This document shows, piece by piece, positions 10,101 to 22,500 of a stretch of 64,000 nt of DNA. This stretch comes from an uncultured virus (IMG/VR IMGVR_UViG_3300034374_009411) (Duplodnaviria; Heunggongvirae; Uroviricota; Caudoviricetes), in the IMG/VR virus record IMGVR_UViG_3300034374_009411, one strand, 5' to 3'. The notes below the pieces were generated by a model. The model was not told the origin of the DNA and searched no databases. It was given only the letters and a program-made list of their open reading frames with translations. A program made the position numbers and the translations under genes. Each line of letters opens with the position of its first letter. Position 1 is the stretch's first letter.

Positions 10101-13100
10101 AGTCTAAAGACCTTTGTTCCTGCCTCAAAACTTGGATTTGAAGGTACATTTGGGTTTGGAATAAAGAATGATCCTTTTATAGAACCAATACTATCAGTAA
10201 ATAACCTTACATTTACTACTTCTGCCTCTCCATTAGGACCTCTTAGCCTCATACCTGGAACAATAAATCCACGATACAGTGATTGATTGTTTTCTGATAG
10301 TGATCTAGTGTCAACGTTCAATAATATTGAAGAACTTGAATATTCTGCTGGTACTATATAATTTTGATCATATGGACTCTCAACGTAAACATCACTAGGA
10401 TTTGATATTGGTCCGTATTTGTGGTTTGACTTTGCTACTCTAAATTGAATTCTTGGTAAAGATCTACCAAAGAATAATCTTCTTCCTCTAAAAAATCTTC
10501 CTCTTCTTCCAATTCTTGTTCCTCTGACAAGATCACCAACATTAAAAATTCCCCTAATCATTCTTATTTCGATTAGTTTTGGAACTATAAATTGATTTAC
10601 ATCCTGCTCATCAAAAAATCCATATAATCTTGTAAAAGGTTTGAATCTTCTTGCAGTAAATTCTATATTTCTAGATCTCATGAAAGGAATAACAGAGGTG
10701 TTGACAACTCTGTCTCCCTCACTCCTAGTTTCAACTTGTTCAGATACTCTTAGTCTTTTACCATCTCTTTGATCAAAACCAGTTTGTGTTGTAGTGGTTA
10801 CAGTTGTTGTTGTTACATCTCTAACATCAGTTCTAACAGTACCCCTTCCTCTTCTTATATTACTTTGATTTCTCCAATTACTTCTAGTAGTTGATGATGT
10901 ACTCGTAGAAGTGGATCCAGTCCAAGTAGTTTCCCAAGAACCCCAAACAATTGGACCGAGACCAGTTTGTGCATCATAACCAGCATATTCTAGTTGTAAT
11001 CTTGTTTGGGTATAATCATCTGATGTTATTGTTTGTGGTCTTAATCTAGTTTGATCAATCCAGATATCAGATGATGGGAATAACTCAATTGTACCCGCAT
11101 AAGTAGTAACTAAATACGGAGTCACATTTTCAACTCTTGTTGCAAATGGATTTTCAACTATTACTTCATCAGTATAATCTAATGTTAGTAATTGTCCAGT
11201 TTTTCTTATATTTGATCCAATAAGATCATCCACAAATTCAGAATCTGCAACTGTACCTGAAGTAGTTCCAATGCCAAGTAAAGATCTTCCACCCAAAAGC
11301 AAATCAATTTGTGTAGTAAAGTGAGAAGGTCTTAGTTCTAGATTTACTGGATCTATACTGTTAGTAACCCTAGAACTCTTAATTTGCGTTTTTCTAGTAC
11401 TAAAATTATCAACATATATTCCAGATTTAAACCTTGTTAGTCCATTTGAATCTGGAATTGTTAGTGATTCTGCTTTTGACTCTAAAAGTGACAATGCAGT
11501 ATAGTATTCTAAATTATTAACTCTCTGTTCTAGTTGACCAACATCCTCCATTCTATAGCGTTTATATTTGTTTAATTTTATTTCACAATCATCAATATCA
11601 CACAAATATGGTGGTATTGATATAGTAGCTACTTCAAGAGCATCTTCTATAGGTATTGGTGGCAAAGGATCTTCTGAAGGAACTCCATTTAACAACTGAA
11701 ATTCTCCAGTTTTTAATAGGAACAATTTATCAATTCTTGCCAAGTAGTGAGAATATGTTAATCTTATAGATTCATCTGATGCAAGAATATTTTTTGCAGA
11801 ATTATTTGAGTCTGAAAATTGTCTTGAAGTAAATTCAAATGGTGATAGTTGTGAATTTGAATTGAATGGTAATACCCTTGGTCTAATATCAATAATGTCT
11901 GAGGTTCTGACATCATTTTTTACACTTAATAAGTCACAATAATCAAACTGAGAATAAGAATTGGCGGTTGTAATATCACCATTTTCAGAAGAAGAAAACT
12001 CTCCAGATTCGAAAATAACTTTTATCTGATTTTTTGGACTTTTGGAATTTTCCTTCCTAATGATTCTAGAATAATCACAAATAGTATCTCTTTGCCCAGA
12101 ATCTAAAGTGTATCTATCTGTTATATTTGTGGATCCTTGTCCAATGTCTGAAATTGTTCCTAAAATATTGCTTTTTTCTGATCTTACTGTCTCACCAATA
12201 ATAAATGCAAGATCGCTTAAATAAACTATAGATATTTTTGAAGAATTTATATTTTCTACATAAATTGCTTCAGCTTCAGAAGTTTCTCCTTTAATCACTT
12301 CAGAAATAACTAAATCATCAGTTCTACCAGTTTGACCATTTAAATTTGCTAATGTTAAAGAAGGTAATACAGGTTCAAATGTATCTGAAGATTCAAAAAT
12401 AGCATATACTTTAGTTACATCAGGTTCTAACAAGCAAATTTCTTTATCCTGAACTCTTAGACCATAACCATAACTTCCATATTCTAGTCCATCATCTAAA
12501 GTCGTACTTCCAATACCAGAAGAAACTGATGTAGATTTATTTACAATAATAGAGTTTGCTCTATTAGCAGTTTTTGTTCTACTAGTGACTCTATTTTTTG
12601 ATAATGTTGCTATAAGTCTTCCAGGTCCATTGGTAGACATTCCATATATGGTGATTGATTTTGATCCATCACCATATATAAATTTATCGCCTGTCAATAC
12701 TTCAAAATCACCATTAGAATTTATTAATACATACCTTTCTTCATCGAATGGTAAAAATGCTTCATCGGATTCACATTGAATTGTATTAGTAACATTCTGA
12801 TTTATTACTAAATTAAATTCTTTTCTAATTGTAATTTCTGATTCTGTTAAATCAACATTAGAAATATATTTTTTTGGTAATGGTGTATATAAAGTATTAT
12901 CTGTAGATGATTGCAATTTTGTTCCAATCAAACTAAAGTCCAATGCAATAACATCAGAAGAAGAAGGCATTAAACCATAATTTATTCCTGTTACTTCAGT
13001 AACACTTGTAATTCCAATAGTATATTCATCTGTTATACTTACTACTTTACCATAAGTTTTATATTCTGGAGACACTAATCCAGTATTTGTAAATGATACA

Positions 13101-14899
13101 TAGTCTCCAACTTTAAATATTTTATCTAGTTGAACATCTGTTGAAACAACAGTAGATACATTAGCAACTGCTTGCCCAACAGTAACTTGACCTACACTAG
13201 TGTAATTAGAAAGTTTTGTGTCTGCATTAAAAGTCTCACCAATACCAATTGTACTATGTAATGATTTTACATCTAAAGTTTTATATTCTGTTACACTAGT
13301 AATTAATGAATTTCCATCTACACCATTGAGAATTAATTTCTCACCTTTTATAAATTTTCCTCTTGTACCATAAACAGTTGCAATTCCTGCACTATTTGTG
13401 TCAAATCTTAAATGCCCACTTGCTCCACTAGACTTACCTTCAATATAAACTGGAGTTGTCCATGAAACAGAAGAATTTAAATTTAATTCTGTATAGTATT
13501 GTGTATCATATAAAGATATGTCCCAAGTATTTAATTCTTGAACAGCAGTATCATAAGATCCACCTTCTAAAGCATAATCATATATTCTTGATATACCAAT
13601 TTCTTTGCCACTAGGAATAAATTGGTTTTCTCCAATTCTACTATCTCTTAAACTAATTAAAGATGATGTAGTAAATCCAATTCTTGGAGCACCAACGACT
13701 CTATTAAGAGACATTGATGGACCAGTAAAATAGTTTATTGCTTGGTTTTCTAATGTACTAGTTGTTCTTGGTTTTTGGAAATCTAGATATGTTGAAGTTA
13801 AATATTCTATCTCATAACCCTTAACATATGCTTTTCCTGGAGAAATTTTATATGTCCCCAAAGATTCTCTAGGTACATTACCATTTCTAGTTAATTGATT
13901 TGATTTAAATACTCCATCATTACCTTTTCTATCATCTAGAGTTTCTTTTGCAGACACTGAAAATGATTTTACATAAAAATCACCAGATTGCTCATAAGTT
14001 CTTCTAGCAAGCTCATCTCCAATATCATTATAAACTGATCTGTTATATGCTTTCTCAACGCCTCCTGATCTTACAATAAAGAGTTCTACAAAGTTTTCAT
14101 GTTTATCTACTTCTATTGGTCTTTTTGCTAAAACAGCTCTTATTTGTAGTCTATCTGCACCAGGAGCTGCATAATTATTGAATCCAGAAGCATTATCGTT
14201 TAAACTATTATCTTGTCCAGATGTTACAATATTTTCATAAATTTCAAATCCAATTCTATATGATGGATTATTCTCATGAGGTTCTAATATTAAAGTCTGT
14301 GCTAAAACCTTTACAAAAGTTCCTCTTAGATAGTAAACTCCTTCCTGCATAAAAACTGCAGAACCAATAGAAGTTGATTGTGTAGGTGCAGTGGTTGTAA
14401 ATGCTTGCCCTTGCTGAAAAACTGCAGCAGTTGAATTTAGATTTTCTTCTAAAATCAATAGTTCATTATCATCAAATACCGCCTTATCATCATTTCCAGT
14501 TGAAAGATAATTTATGTATAATGTAATATACCCTCTATCAGAATATTCAGTTCCTATACTATCAACTATTTTTGCCTTAAGATTTGAATTTTGTCCCCTA
14601 ATTGTAATCCCAGCCAAATCTCCCCTGAATGAGTCTAAATTTATTCCTAGATATTGACTCTCTACTTCTACACAATTTAATTCATTATTATAAGAATAAT
14701 TTCCAGGAATAACTACTGACCCCTCTTTAAACAAATGTGTTCCAATTTGTTCAACTTGGTTTTGTAAAATAGACTGTAAAGTTGTAAGTTCTCTAGATTG
14801 TACTGGAAAACCTGGCTTAAAAAGAACTTTATGATATCCTTTTAGGGGATCATAATCATCAAAATAGGGAGATATATTTAAATTTGTTTCTTGTGGCAT
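7181..14899 (-). CDS. Large virion structural protein, DUF4815 / VrlC-like
   Basis: 2572 aa; PYFDDY...VLFKPG..VQSRELT, APGADRL, DPLAQSF, GSLFKSQNGSTW..SQYEDLKF; follows gp8. Confidence 0.9.
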   Translation of the reverse strand: MPQETNLNISPYFDDYDPLKGYHKVLFKPGFPVQSRELTTLQSILQNQVEQIGTHLFKEGSVVIPGNYSYNNELNCVEVESQYLGINLDSFRGDLAGITIRGQNSNLKAKIVDSIGTEYSDRGYITLYINYLSTGNDDKAVFDDNELLILEENLNSTAAVFQQGQAFTTTAPTQSTSIGSAVFMQEGVYYLRGTFVKVLAQTLILEPHENNPSYRIGFEIYENIVTSGQDNSLNDNASGFNNYAAPGADRLQIRAVLAKRPIEVDKHENFVELFIVRSGGVEKAYNRSVYNDIGDELARRTYEQSGDFYVKSFSVSAKETLDDRKGNDGVFKSNQLTRNGNVPRESLGTYKISPGKAYVKGYEIEYLTSTYLDFQKPRTTSTLENQAINYFTGPSMSLNRVVGAPRIGFTTSSLISLRDSRIGENQFIPSGKEIGISRIYDYALEGGSYDTAVQELNTWDISLYDTQYYTELNLNSSVSWTTPVYIEGKSSGASGHLRFDTNSAGIATVYGTRGKFIKGEKLILNGVDGNSLITSVTEYKTLDVKSLHSTIGIGETFNADTKLSNYTSVGQVTVGQAVANVSTVVSTDVQLDKIFKVGDYVSFTNTGLVSPEYKTYGKVVSITDEYTIGITSVTEVTGINYGLMPSSSDVIALDFSLIGTKLQSSTDNTLYTPLPKKYISNVDLTESEITIRKEFNLVINQNVTNTIQCESDEAFLPFDEERYVLINSNGDFEVLTGDKFIYGDGSKSITIYGMSTNGPGRLIATLSKNRVTSRTKTANRANSIIVNKSTSVSSGIGSTTLDDGLEYGSYGYGLRVQDKEICLLEPDVTKVYAIFESSDTFEPVLPSLTLANLNGQTGRTDDLVISEVIKGETSEAEAIYVENINSSKISIVYLSDLAFIIGETVRSEKSNILGTISDIGQGSTNITDRYTLDSGQRDTICDYSRIIRKENSKSPKNQIKVIFESGEFSSSENGDITTANSYSQFDYCDLLSVKNDVRTSDIIDIRPRVLPFNSNSQLSPFEFTSRQFSDSNNSAKNILASDESIRLTYSHYLARIDKLFLLKTGEFQLLNGVPSEDPLPPIPIEDALEVATISIPPYLCDIDDCEIKLNKYKRYRMEDVGQLEQRVNNLEYYTALSLLESKAESLTIPDSNGLTRFKSGIYVDNFSTRKTQIKSSRVTNSIDPVNLELRPSHFTTQIDLLLGGRSLLGIGTTSGTVADSEFVDDLIGSNIRKTGQLLTLDYTDEVIVENPFATRVENVTPYLVTTYAGTIELFPSSDIWIDQTRLRPQTITSDDYTQTRLQLEYAGYDAQTGLGPIVWGSWETTWTGSTSTSTSSTTRSNWRNQSNIRRGRGTVRTDVRDVTTTTVTTTTQTGFDQRDGKRLRVSEQVETRSEGDRVVNTSVIPFMRSRNIEFTARRFKPFTRLYGFFDEQDVNQFIVPKLIEIRMIRGIFNVGDLVRGTRIGRRGRFFRGRRLFFGRSLPRIQFRVAKSNHKYGPISNPSDVYVESPYDQNYIVPAEYSSSSILLNVDTRSLSENNQSLYRGFIVPGMRLRGPNGEAEVVNVRLFTDSIGSIKGSFFIPNPNVPSNPSFEAGTKVFRLTNSSTNTKIGGLVDSSGEEQYFASGTMNTVQETIRSTRKPRFEVVDTTERRPAVPDVQVTTAVDRSQETRSRFIPDPPPPPPPPPPAPPPRPQVFPQPVSAGRGRPAPAPNQGRRGQRNPPRRNPPSAGRFARQLIRSTRNRDPLAQSFLVSETNGIFVTSVDLFFRTKDPIIPVTVQLRPMVNGYPTNEVCPFSEVVINPQQVFTSEDSLTVTEVFFPSPIYLEGNKEYAIVLLSDSNDYTVWISKMGEIDVSTLLQEESRQTLVSQQPDLGSLFKSQNGSTWTASQYEDLKFRLYAATFNNDSPGTISFFNPRLDLGNDQIATLVPDPLEFESRKVIITTTNVIDITSLDIGNTIKQQNNSFVRGDVVGYGGSASGQLTITNAGIGYTPSDGSSFTFNGVSLTSVSGLGKNATADITIGADGSTNGVAIAATINSGGFGYQQGDVVTIDSIGSQPLGKNAQFTISNINGINQLVVDNVQGNFENNTSKSLLYDNSLGITTTIFDTGGADSVISNIEISSPFEDGLHIKVNHKNHAMHSKTNVVQLSEVGSDIEPTSLTAEYTFSDSGPVSIASTTNFTTFENIEVSATNPGYILINDEIISYTGISNGTLTGITRQIDNTQSISYPEETTVFKYENNGISLRRINKLHYLQDALVPRSIGFDFYYIKLDTSQNGINRDSDPSVQKLYIRKSKSDGGELVNATQNIQYESMRPIVQTLVLPETNVTAKLKSITGTSVDGNEVSFLESPIVDITLDETNYFTEPRLITSTVNESIHNTNLISNKSLELELSLSSADIRVSPVVDLDRIGVILTSNRVNAPITDYVNDPRTSTLNSDPNEFIYCNLPVELENPATSLKVLLSAHVNIFNDVRVFYSISNTTENDPVYYPFPGYNNLDVNGNVIDISASDGLSDKKVVKTDVLSSNTNDVLFNDYTFTADDLPEFRYFSIKIIGSSTSQSNPPRIKDLRVIALA
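9826..9873 (-). repeat. CCN codon run encoding a polyproline tract
   Basis: ggtggcggtg-type GC-rich run encoding PPPPPPPPPPAPPPRP. Confidence 0.9.
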
Positions 14900-14913
14900 G
14901 ATTTTAACGGAAT

Positions 14914-16497
14914 TTAGAATTGTAATACAACTTTAATGTCTTCTCTTTGATTCACAGATCTTGTAATAGATGGTCTATTATCAACATAAATTATGTTTCC
15001 CGAATATTTTTCTACCTCTGGTAGAGCAACTCCATTTACAAAATTTTGCCCTAAATAATACGTCTTATTATTTATGACAGTACTTATACCTGGATTATTA
15101 TTTTGACCAAATCCACTATCAATATATAGGTCACTAGAACCACCTACAATTTTCAACTCTCCACCATCTGATACGCTAGATGTAAATTTGTTTATCGATA
15201 ATCCATAGGTTGGTCTATCATTTATTGTTCCATCGGTGTTGAATCCAACTATAGACCTATCCTGCCAATACTTTAAAACTCCTGTCTGACTATCATAAGA
15301 AAGAACTCTACCAACAGCGGTCACTCCAGTACCAATTGTTTGGGTTATTATTGAATTTGGTTCATATCTTGTAGTTTTATAATCATCTTGGTTTGGTGCT
15401 AAACCAATAAGTTTTATAGCGTCTAAAGAAGTTACTCTATCATCAGTAAGTATTGTATTTGAATTATAAGATAATGGATTTTTGATTATACCTATTCTAG
15501 ATACTTTTGTTCCCGTAACAAAATCTGGATTCTGAACATCATTCTCTATTCGCGAATAGAGTAATACATTTGTAGAACCCAATTCCCTGTATACATCATA
15601 TCCATGTCCATTTACTGGTGGGATAATAACATCAAACTTTGGAGATGATGCACCTAAAGGAACAGAACCTTTAATTAAATCTACAGTACCAAAAGTGTAA
15701 CCACTTCCACCCTTAGATATTGTAACAGATTCTACTTTTGCATCATTATTCACAACTATTGTACATTCTGCTCCTGTACCATCACCAGATATTGGTACAT
15801 TTGTATATGTCGTATTTGGTGGTCCAACTAAAAGACCTCTATCCTTTATAAAAATAGTTTTTAATTGACCACTAGATAATGCATTATTTCTAATATTAGT
15901 ATATTCCGAATTTGATTCCCAATCAGTTGGAACTGGAATAAAATTTAAGGAGTCAAATTTTACAATATCGTTTGGATTGATAGTATACAGATACTTCCAA
16001 ACATATCCATCACCACTAGTTCCAGCAGATCTTGGCTCTAAATCTGTAAAATTTGGTTCATCTAGTGAGGGTTTTCCATTTGTATTTTCTGGATCCAATC
16101 CATTATTTAAACAAACATAAACCCTAAATTGACTATTAATTACATAAAAATTTGATGAATATAAACTTGTTTTGTTGGACGGTCTAGAAAGATTTGTCCT
16201 AGAAATATCATGTCTGTATGAATCATAAATCGTTCCAGATTCCCATTGAATTTTTCTAACAACGAGTCTTATGTCATCTGGTGATATTTTTTTTAATGCT
16301 ATTAATGATTCCCAATATGAATTATCTTCATCGAAACAGTCTTTTGGGGAAATTGGATTACTATCCCAAGAAGGACTTATAGAATCTGAATTTGGTAGTC
16401 CTACAAAAGTATAGTAAGACTGATTAGAATCTCGAATATCCTCCACAAAAGATTTGGCATTATTTATTCTCAAGTAATCAGTTATGATTGCAGCCAT
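14914..16497 (-). CDS. gp8: Baseplate wedge subunit
   Basis: DGYVWKYLYTI, GHG, YVDNR..ITRS.NQREDIK motifs; synteny. Confidence 0.93.
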   Translation of the reverse strand: MAAIITDYLRINNAKSFVEDIRDSNQSYYTFVGLPNSDSISPSWDSNPISPKDCFDEDNSYWESLIALKKISPDDIRLVVRKIQWESGTIYDSYRHDISRTNLSRPSNKTSLYSSNFYVINSQFRVYVCLNNGLDPENTNGKPSLDEPNFTDLEPRSAGTSGDGYVWKYLYTINPNDIVKFDSLNFIPVPTDWESNSEYTNIRNNALSSGQLKTIFIKDRGLLVGPPNTTYTNVPISGDGTGAECTIVVNNDAKVESVTISKGGSGYTFGTVDLIKGSVPLGASSPKFDVIIPPVNGHGYDVYRELGSTNVLLYSRIENDVQNPDFVTGTKVSRIGIIKNPLSYNSNTILTDDRVTSLDAIKLIGLAPNQDDYKTTRYEPNSIITQTIGTGVTAVGRVLSYDSQTGVLKYWQDRSIVGFNTDGTINDRPTYGLSINKFTSSVSDGGELKIVGGSSDLYIDSGFGQNNNPGISTVINNKTYYLGQNFVNGVALPEVEKYSGNIIYVDNRPSITRSVNQREDIKVVLQF

Positions 16498-16518
16498 TTC
16501 TAGTATCTAACTAAGATT

Positions 16519-16533
16519 TGTTTATTTATTTAT
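16519..16533 (-). promoter_or_regulatory. Tandem T4-type late promoter-like sequence (ATAAATAAATAAA)
   Basis: tttatttatttat in the gp7-gp8 gap. Confidence 0.6.
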
Positions 16534-19500
16534 CAGACAAAATACCCATCATATTTTAGTGGGAGTTTTCTACGCAAAATTGGGTTTGTTCCTATACCAG
16601 ATTGATTTTCAGAGAATGCAGTAAATGGTTTTGCTCTAAGTCTTCTTGTTAAATCAACTTTACCCCAGACATAATTGCCAAACAATTCTACACTATTAAA
16701 ACCAGTATTACTTGGATTCTGCCCAGGAGCTAAATTTGACAGTATAACAATAACATTTTTAACTGTAGTTGTTATACCAACAGGTAATCCAGATATTCCA
16801 GATGGTATTGTAACTATTTTTTCTGACCAATCATAGCATTGAACTACCATATCAGTAAAAATAGTTGATATTCCAACTGGATCTGGTAAAGGTCCAGTTT
16901 GTGCAGTAAATCCAGAAGGTAAAGAAACTCTACCTCCACTTGGATCTCCAAATACAGTATGTGTAATATTAAAATAATCTCCTGTAGTTATACCAACATC
17001 ATACACTCCATTCTTTCTTAAATCCGAATCCATAGGAATAAATAAATCTAGTCCAAGGAAATATTGATTTGTTGATTCTGAAATTCTAGACGTGTCAAAA
17101 CCAACTATTACTCCATAATCACCATAATAATTAACAAAAATTGATTCCTCAGTATTTCTCCATGGTGGTGCAATTAAAATTGGAGGTGGTTCAATTTCAT
17201 TTACAATAAACTTTATAGAGTTTTCTAAAGGCCATCTTCTATAAGAACTTGCAAGACCAACGTTATCATAAACTTTAAGTTCTAATATATCACCAACAGA
17301 ATAATTGACTCCCTTATCATTAATTGATGTTAATGATGTAATGGAAGTTTCTGAATTGACCGATATATCTACGGTTGCATTTCTTCCAACACCAGTTACC
17401 GTATGTAATTTTGCACTCGTCATTATGGTTTCGCCACCAAATAAAGGTGGAAATCCAGATCCTTGAGAATAAATTGATAGTGTCTTTATTGGTCCATTGT
17501 AATAATTTGTTCCCCCATAACTAACATTCACACTATTTACAGAAGATCCCGACATTAATGCAAAAGCAGTTGCTTGAGATCCATCTATAAATGGTTTTTG
17601 TATAGTTATTTCTGGTGCCGCTGTGTACCCAAATCCAGGATTTGTAACATTTATACTATCAATTGTACCATTTGTATTTAAAACTACCTCTGCTTCTGCA
17701 GAAATGAGTTGATCTGTAGGTATAATCTCAATTCTTCTTTGTTCTGTTGGTTCTATACCTTCTCTTGAAATATTGAACAGTGATGTATCAAAAACATAAA
17801 CATGTTCTGATGTTATTGCAATACTATTGAGTATATTTGTAGTTGGATTTATTATTGGTTCATAATAAACTCTATCTTTACCAATAAAACTATTATCGAT
17901 TATTATATCTTGTTCTTGCTTAATCCAACTAATAGGTCTCTCATATAATTCATCTAAAACAACACCAACATTTGCATAATTATTAGTAATAATTGTATCA
18001 GCTGACTTCACATCTACAACAAGTCTTTCTTCTTGAGTAAGGTTGGAATCTACATCACTAAAAATCTGTACATTATCTCCTACTTTTACTGAAGGTAAAA
18101 CTCTTACAAGTCGAACATCAATTTCTGATGTTCCAGTATATGCTAAAATCTTTACAGTATCACCAACAGTACTAAATCCAACTAATTGACCTTTAGGTGC
18201 TTCTGTAAATCTGATTCTACTTCCACCATTAAACTGATAACCTTCTCCTGGAGTTTGTAGTACATCATTTACAAATACCAATAGATTTGACTGTAAACTA
18301 ATTCCAGAACTAGTTTTTGCATAGAATGATATATCTTCACCATCTATCTGTAATGGGAATAATCTTCTTACTCCATTAAAATATTTGGAAATATCATCCA
18401 ATATTATAAATTCACCAACGTTCCAACCAGAGAACTTTGATCTGAATACTTCTGTAACGTTTAATTCAAAATGTTCAAAATTTGATATGCCAGTTAATGT
18501 TGGTATGCCAACAGTTCCCCCAATAGAGACTGTAAGTAAATCATTTTCATTATATCCATATCCATAATTTTTAATCTCAAAAGAACGTATTGTTCCATCA
18601 TTACTTGGAACCAAATCTACCGTTGCTTCTGTACCAATTCCACTAGAACCTTGTGAATATATTAATGGCAAATTTGTATAACTTAAAGGTGCATCAAAAA
18701 TAACTTCTGGTGGATTTGATTGATCATATCCTGATAGAGAATTAGTTATGTTTACAGAAGTTACATATCCACCATTTACTACAGCTTCTCCAAAGTACAC
18801 AATTGTATCAGAATCTGTTCTTACACCAACTTTTACTGTTTGTAAACCAGATCTATATCCAGATCCAGTGTTACCAATAGCAACAGAGGTAAGAACGCCT
18901 AACGGATTAATTATTGCTGTTCCACCAGCACTTACTAGTGGTTGATATCCAAATCCTTCTGTAGATCCTACGCTAACTATTATACCACCTTTTGGTAAAC
19001 GATTTACATTTACATCCTTAGTTATTGTTGGGTCTGTTGGATTCAAGTTAAATCCTACTTTTAAATTTCCACCATCAACAAAAAGTTTGTAGTCTCCATA
19101 AATGCTGTATTTTGGAGTGCTTATTCTTTGAGGTCCTTGGAATATACCATCAATTAAAAGAATTGTATTTGTGTAAGGGATATTTGTAATATTATTTCCC
19201 TCATAACTTAAATTGAATGTTGTTGATATACCATTAAATTGTGTAGTAATATCATCATAAACATAGTTATTATCATATGCTTTGTCGAAATCGTTAGTGT
19301 ATAAAAAGTTAAGTGCGGATCTTAAAAACACTCTCCCACTAAATTTTGAAGATGTGGTCAATCCAGTATAGTCAATTTCATTTGCAGATGTTGCAGTAGT
19401 TCCAAATCCTACAGGTATTTTGCCCCATATTCCCTCTGAGAAGTTTAAATTATTACCAACAATATTAAAATTACCAGAAAGTTTTGATATTATTTGATTG

Positions 19501-22500
19501 GAATTGTGAGTATCCTCTTTTGTTCCAACTACCGATCTATCAACATTAATTTGATTGAGTGATTTATTTACAGATTTTACCAACACAATCTCATTATCAA
19601 TTTCTAGTAAATCTCCAGACTTAATAAAGTCGATAGTATTTACTGATATATTTGTATCACCAATTCCAATAGAACTTGAAGTTGCTATAGTATATCCAGA
19701 TCCAACAAGTGGTGATTGAATAGCTCCATTTATTGTTATAAGTAGTCTATTATTTGCATCAATAGATCTAATTCTATGAGTAACTCCAGCACCAACTCCT
19801 ACAATATCTACTCTATTTGGGTTAAATTGTAAAGAATCACCTACTGTTGCTGCTATACTTATTTTCTGATTATCTTCCTTAATAATATAGAATCTGGAAG
19901 GTAATCTTGATGTTATTCCTATTCCTGGCCAATTAATTGGAGATATTTGTATTCCATTGTTTGGATTTTCATCGTGTGGTATGTATTCAACCTCCTCACC
20001 ACTAACGAAGTAGTGATTTCCTAAGTTTATATTGTTTTGATCTACAAGCACTACATTAGAGTCTGTTCCATCAAATTCAACCTCAAATATTGGATTATTC
20101 TTTTCAAAAATCCCAAATGATTTAGTGTTAGAATCAAACTGATCACTAATATCATCTATAGTTAAAACTCTGTTACCTATAAATTCTCTATACTCTGCCA
20201 AAAACGGTAAATTAAAAAGTATCTCATTAGATACAAGAGATTCATCTACTTTAATACTCTTTTCTCTGGCAATATCAAAATCTTTAACTGCATTAAGATT
20301 CACTGATTCTGTGAGATCTGATATTGCAACAACAACGTTATCATCTTGTTCTGTTGGCATTCTATAAAGATCATTATCAGATGGTTCCAAAATCAGATCA
20401 CTGAATTTTTTAAATCCAACAGTATGTGTTAAATTACTAACCAGAGGATTCCAAACAGTAAAATCTAATGGAGATTTTACCGAATATGAAAAATATTGAT
20501 AATAATCATTGTCAGACAATCTTTGGAAAAATGTATTTAACTTACCAGTTTCTTTTTTCCATCCCTCTCTAACTATACTGCTTGAAGATACTTTGTAATC
20601 TCCTTCAGATCCAAAGGCTGATGATATTAGTGCCAGATTTTTTGAAGATTGACCATAAATTATATCTCCAGGTGAGAATTTTTTATTGGTTCTAATTTTT
20701 ATATACTCATTGTTCTGGTCATATCTTTCCACAACTCCAACATTGTCTTCATATATGACTAATTCATTTTCATTAAATGAACCCTTTTCTAGGGTAATAT
20801 CAAAGATTGGAAAATATGATTCTGGTGTTGCTGTACCAAAAGATTCAAATTCATCATAAACTCCTGGAGATTCACCAACTTTAAGTACATCTGATATATT
20901 ATATACAATAGAAGGAAACTCGCCACCGATGTTTGGATCTGATTGCTTAACTTTAAATAGAGAATATCCATATGATGAAGAGTTATAACCCTTTCCGCCA
21001 ATATTTAAATCAATATTAGTATTTTCAATGATTACATTATCACCAACATTAAATGGAAAGTCTGAAGCATTTGCAAAAGTAACCGCAAATGCGACTGTAA
21101 CATCATTAGTAATGCTATCAAACGTAATATTACTAATTCTAATTCCATTTGGATTATTTACTGGTAGTATTTTTGGTGTAACATTGTATAGCCCAGTAGT
21201 ATTTCTAATAATATTTACTTCAGTATCTCCAATATCATATCTAAGTCTTGCTTCAGTATTAACTCTTCCAGTGAATCCATCAATAACAACTAATTGTGGA
21301 GGTACAAAGTAATTTGTACCGAAAGATGATATTTTTATCTTTTTGAATTTTGATAACGGTTCTATTTTATATGTACTTGGGAAAATTGCAGATGGTCTTA
21401 ATGTTTTATCTGAAGGATAGTCTAATCCAAGATTTAATAATTTTATATTATCTATCTTACCAATTGACTTTGAAAATGGTAAGAAAATAGCTCCAGAACC
21501 CTGTGAAGATACTACTTTAGTAACATAGGGTAAAGTTCTATAGTTTCTTCCTTGTGATACTAAAGAGACTTCTGCTATTGGACCAGTACCATAAATGGAT
21601 TTGTATGTAATTATTCCATCATTTTCACTATATGAAGATTGTTCTGGATCAGAGTCTAGTGGTATTATAAAAGATGTGGTGGTTATTCCAGATATATTTG
21701 ATTTACCAGAATATACACTATCAAGAATTTGTATTGAACTAGAGTTTTTTATATTACTAAAATCTACCTTTAAATTTAACTTTGTTACTGGAGTATTTGG
21801 TAGATTGATAGGAGTTAACTTATAGTAAAGTGTTTTTGGAGTATCAGAGTCTATTTTTATTTGAACATAAGCTCCATCAGAACCAATGTCCCCAACATAA
21901 GTTACATTGAAGGTATCTGTTTTATCTGAAGAAGAATAATACTTATTTGTGAAGTTAACATCAGTATAAAATTCAAATTTAAAAGATGGGTCTTCATTAT
22001 ATTGCAATGATCTATCAGATAGATCAAATATTATATTTTCATTTTTATAAAATTTCAATTCTGGATTTATAAGAGATATTGATCCATCTTGTTGAGATCC
22101 AATATTTACTAATATTGAAGAATCTAACTCAGATATATCGGAATAATACTTTGTAGATAGTGCAATCGTATTAGAATTTATACTTATAATATAATAAATT
22201 CCAGAATTTATTAGTCCGATTGATGGACTTTCTGAATTATAAATTACCTTATCTCCAGTTTTAAATTGGTGGTTATTAATGGTTATTGTATTTAAATCAA
22301 TATCTACATCAGAAGAACTAAATTCAGTTTTATTAACTAAGGTTCTATAAACTAAATTATCATAAGATACTTTTATTGTTCTAGTTTTATTGCTGGACAA
22401 AGACAAATCTATTTCATTTCCAGCAACTAATCCATGAGGTGATTTTGTTATTATATTAGCATATTTTTTTACAATGCTAGATTGAATGACATCATCCCTA

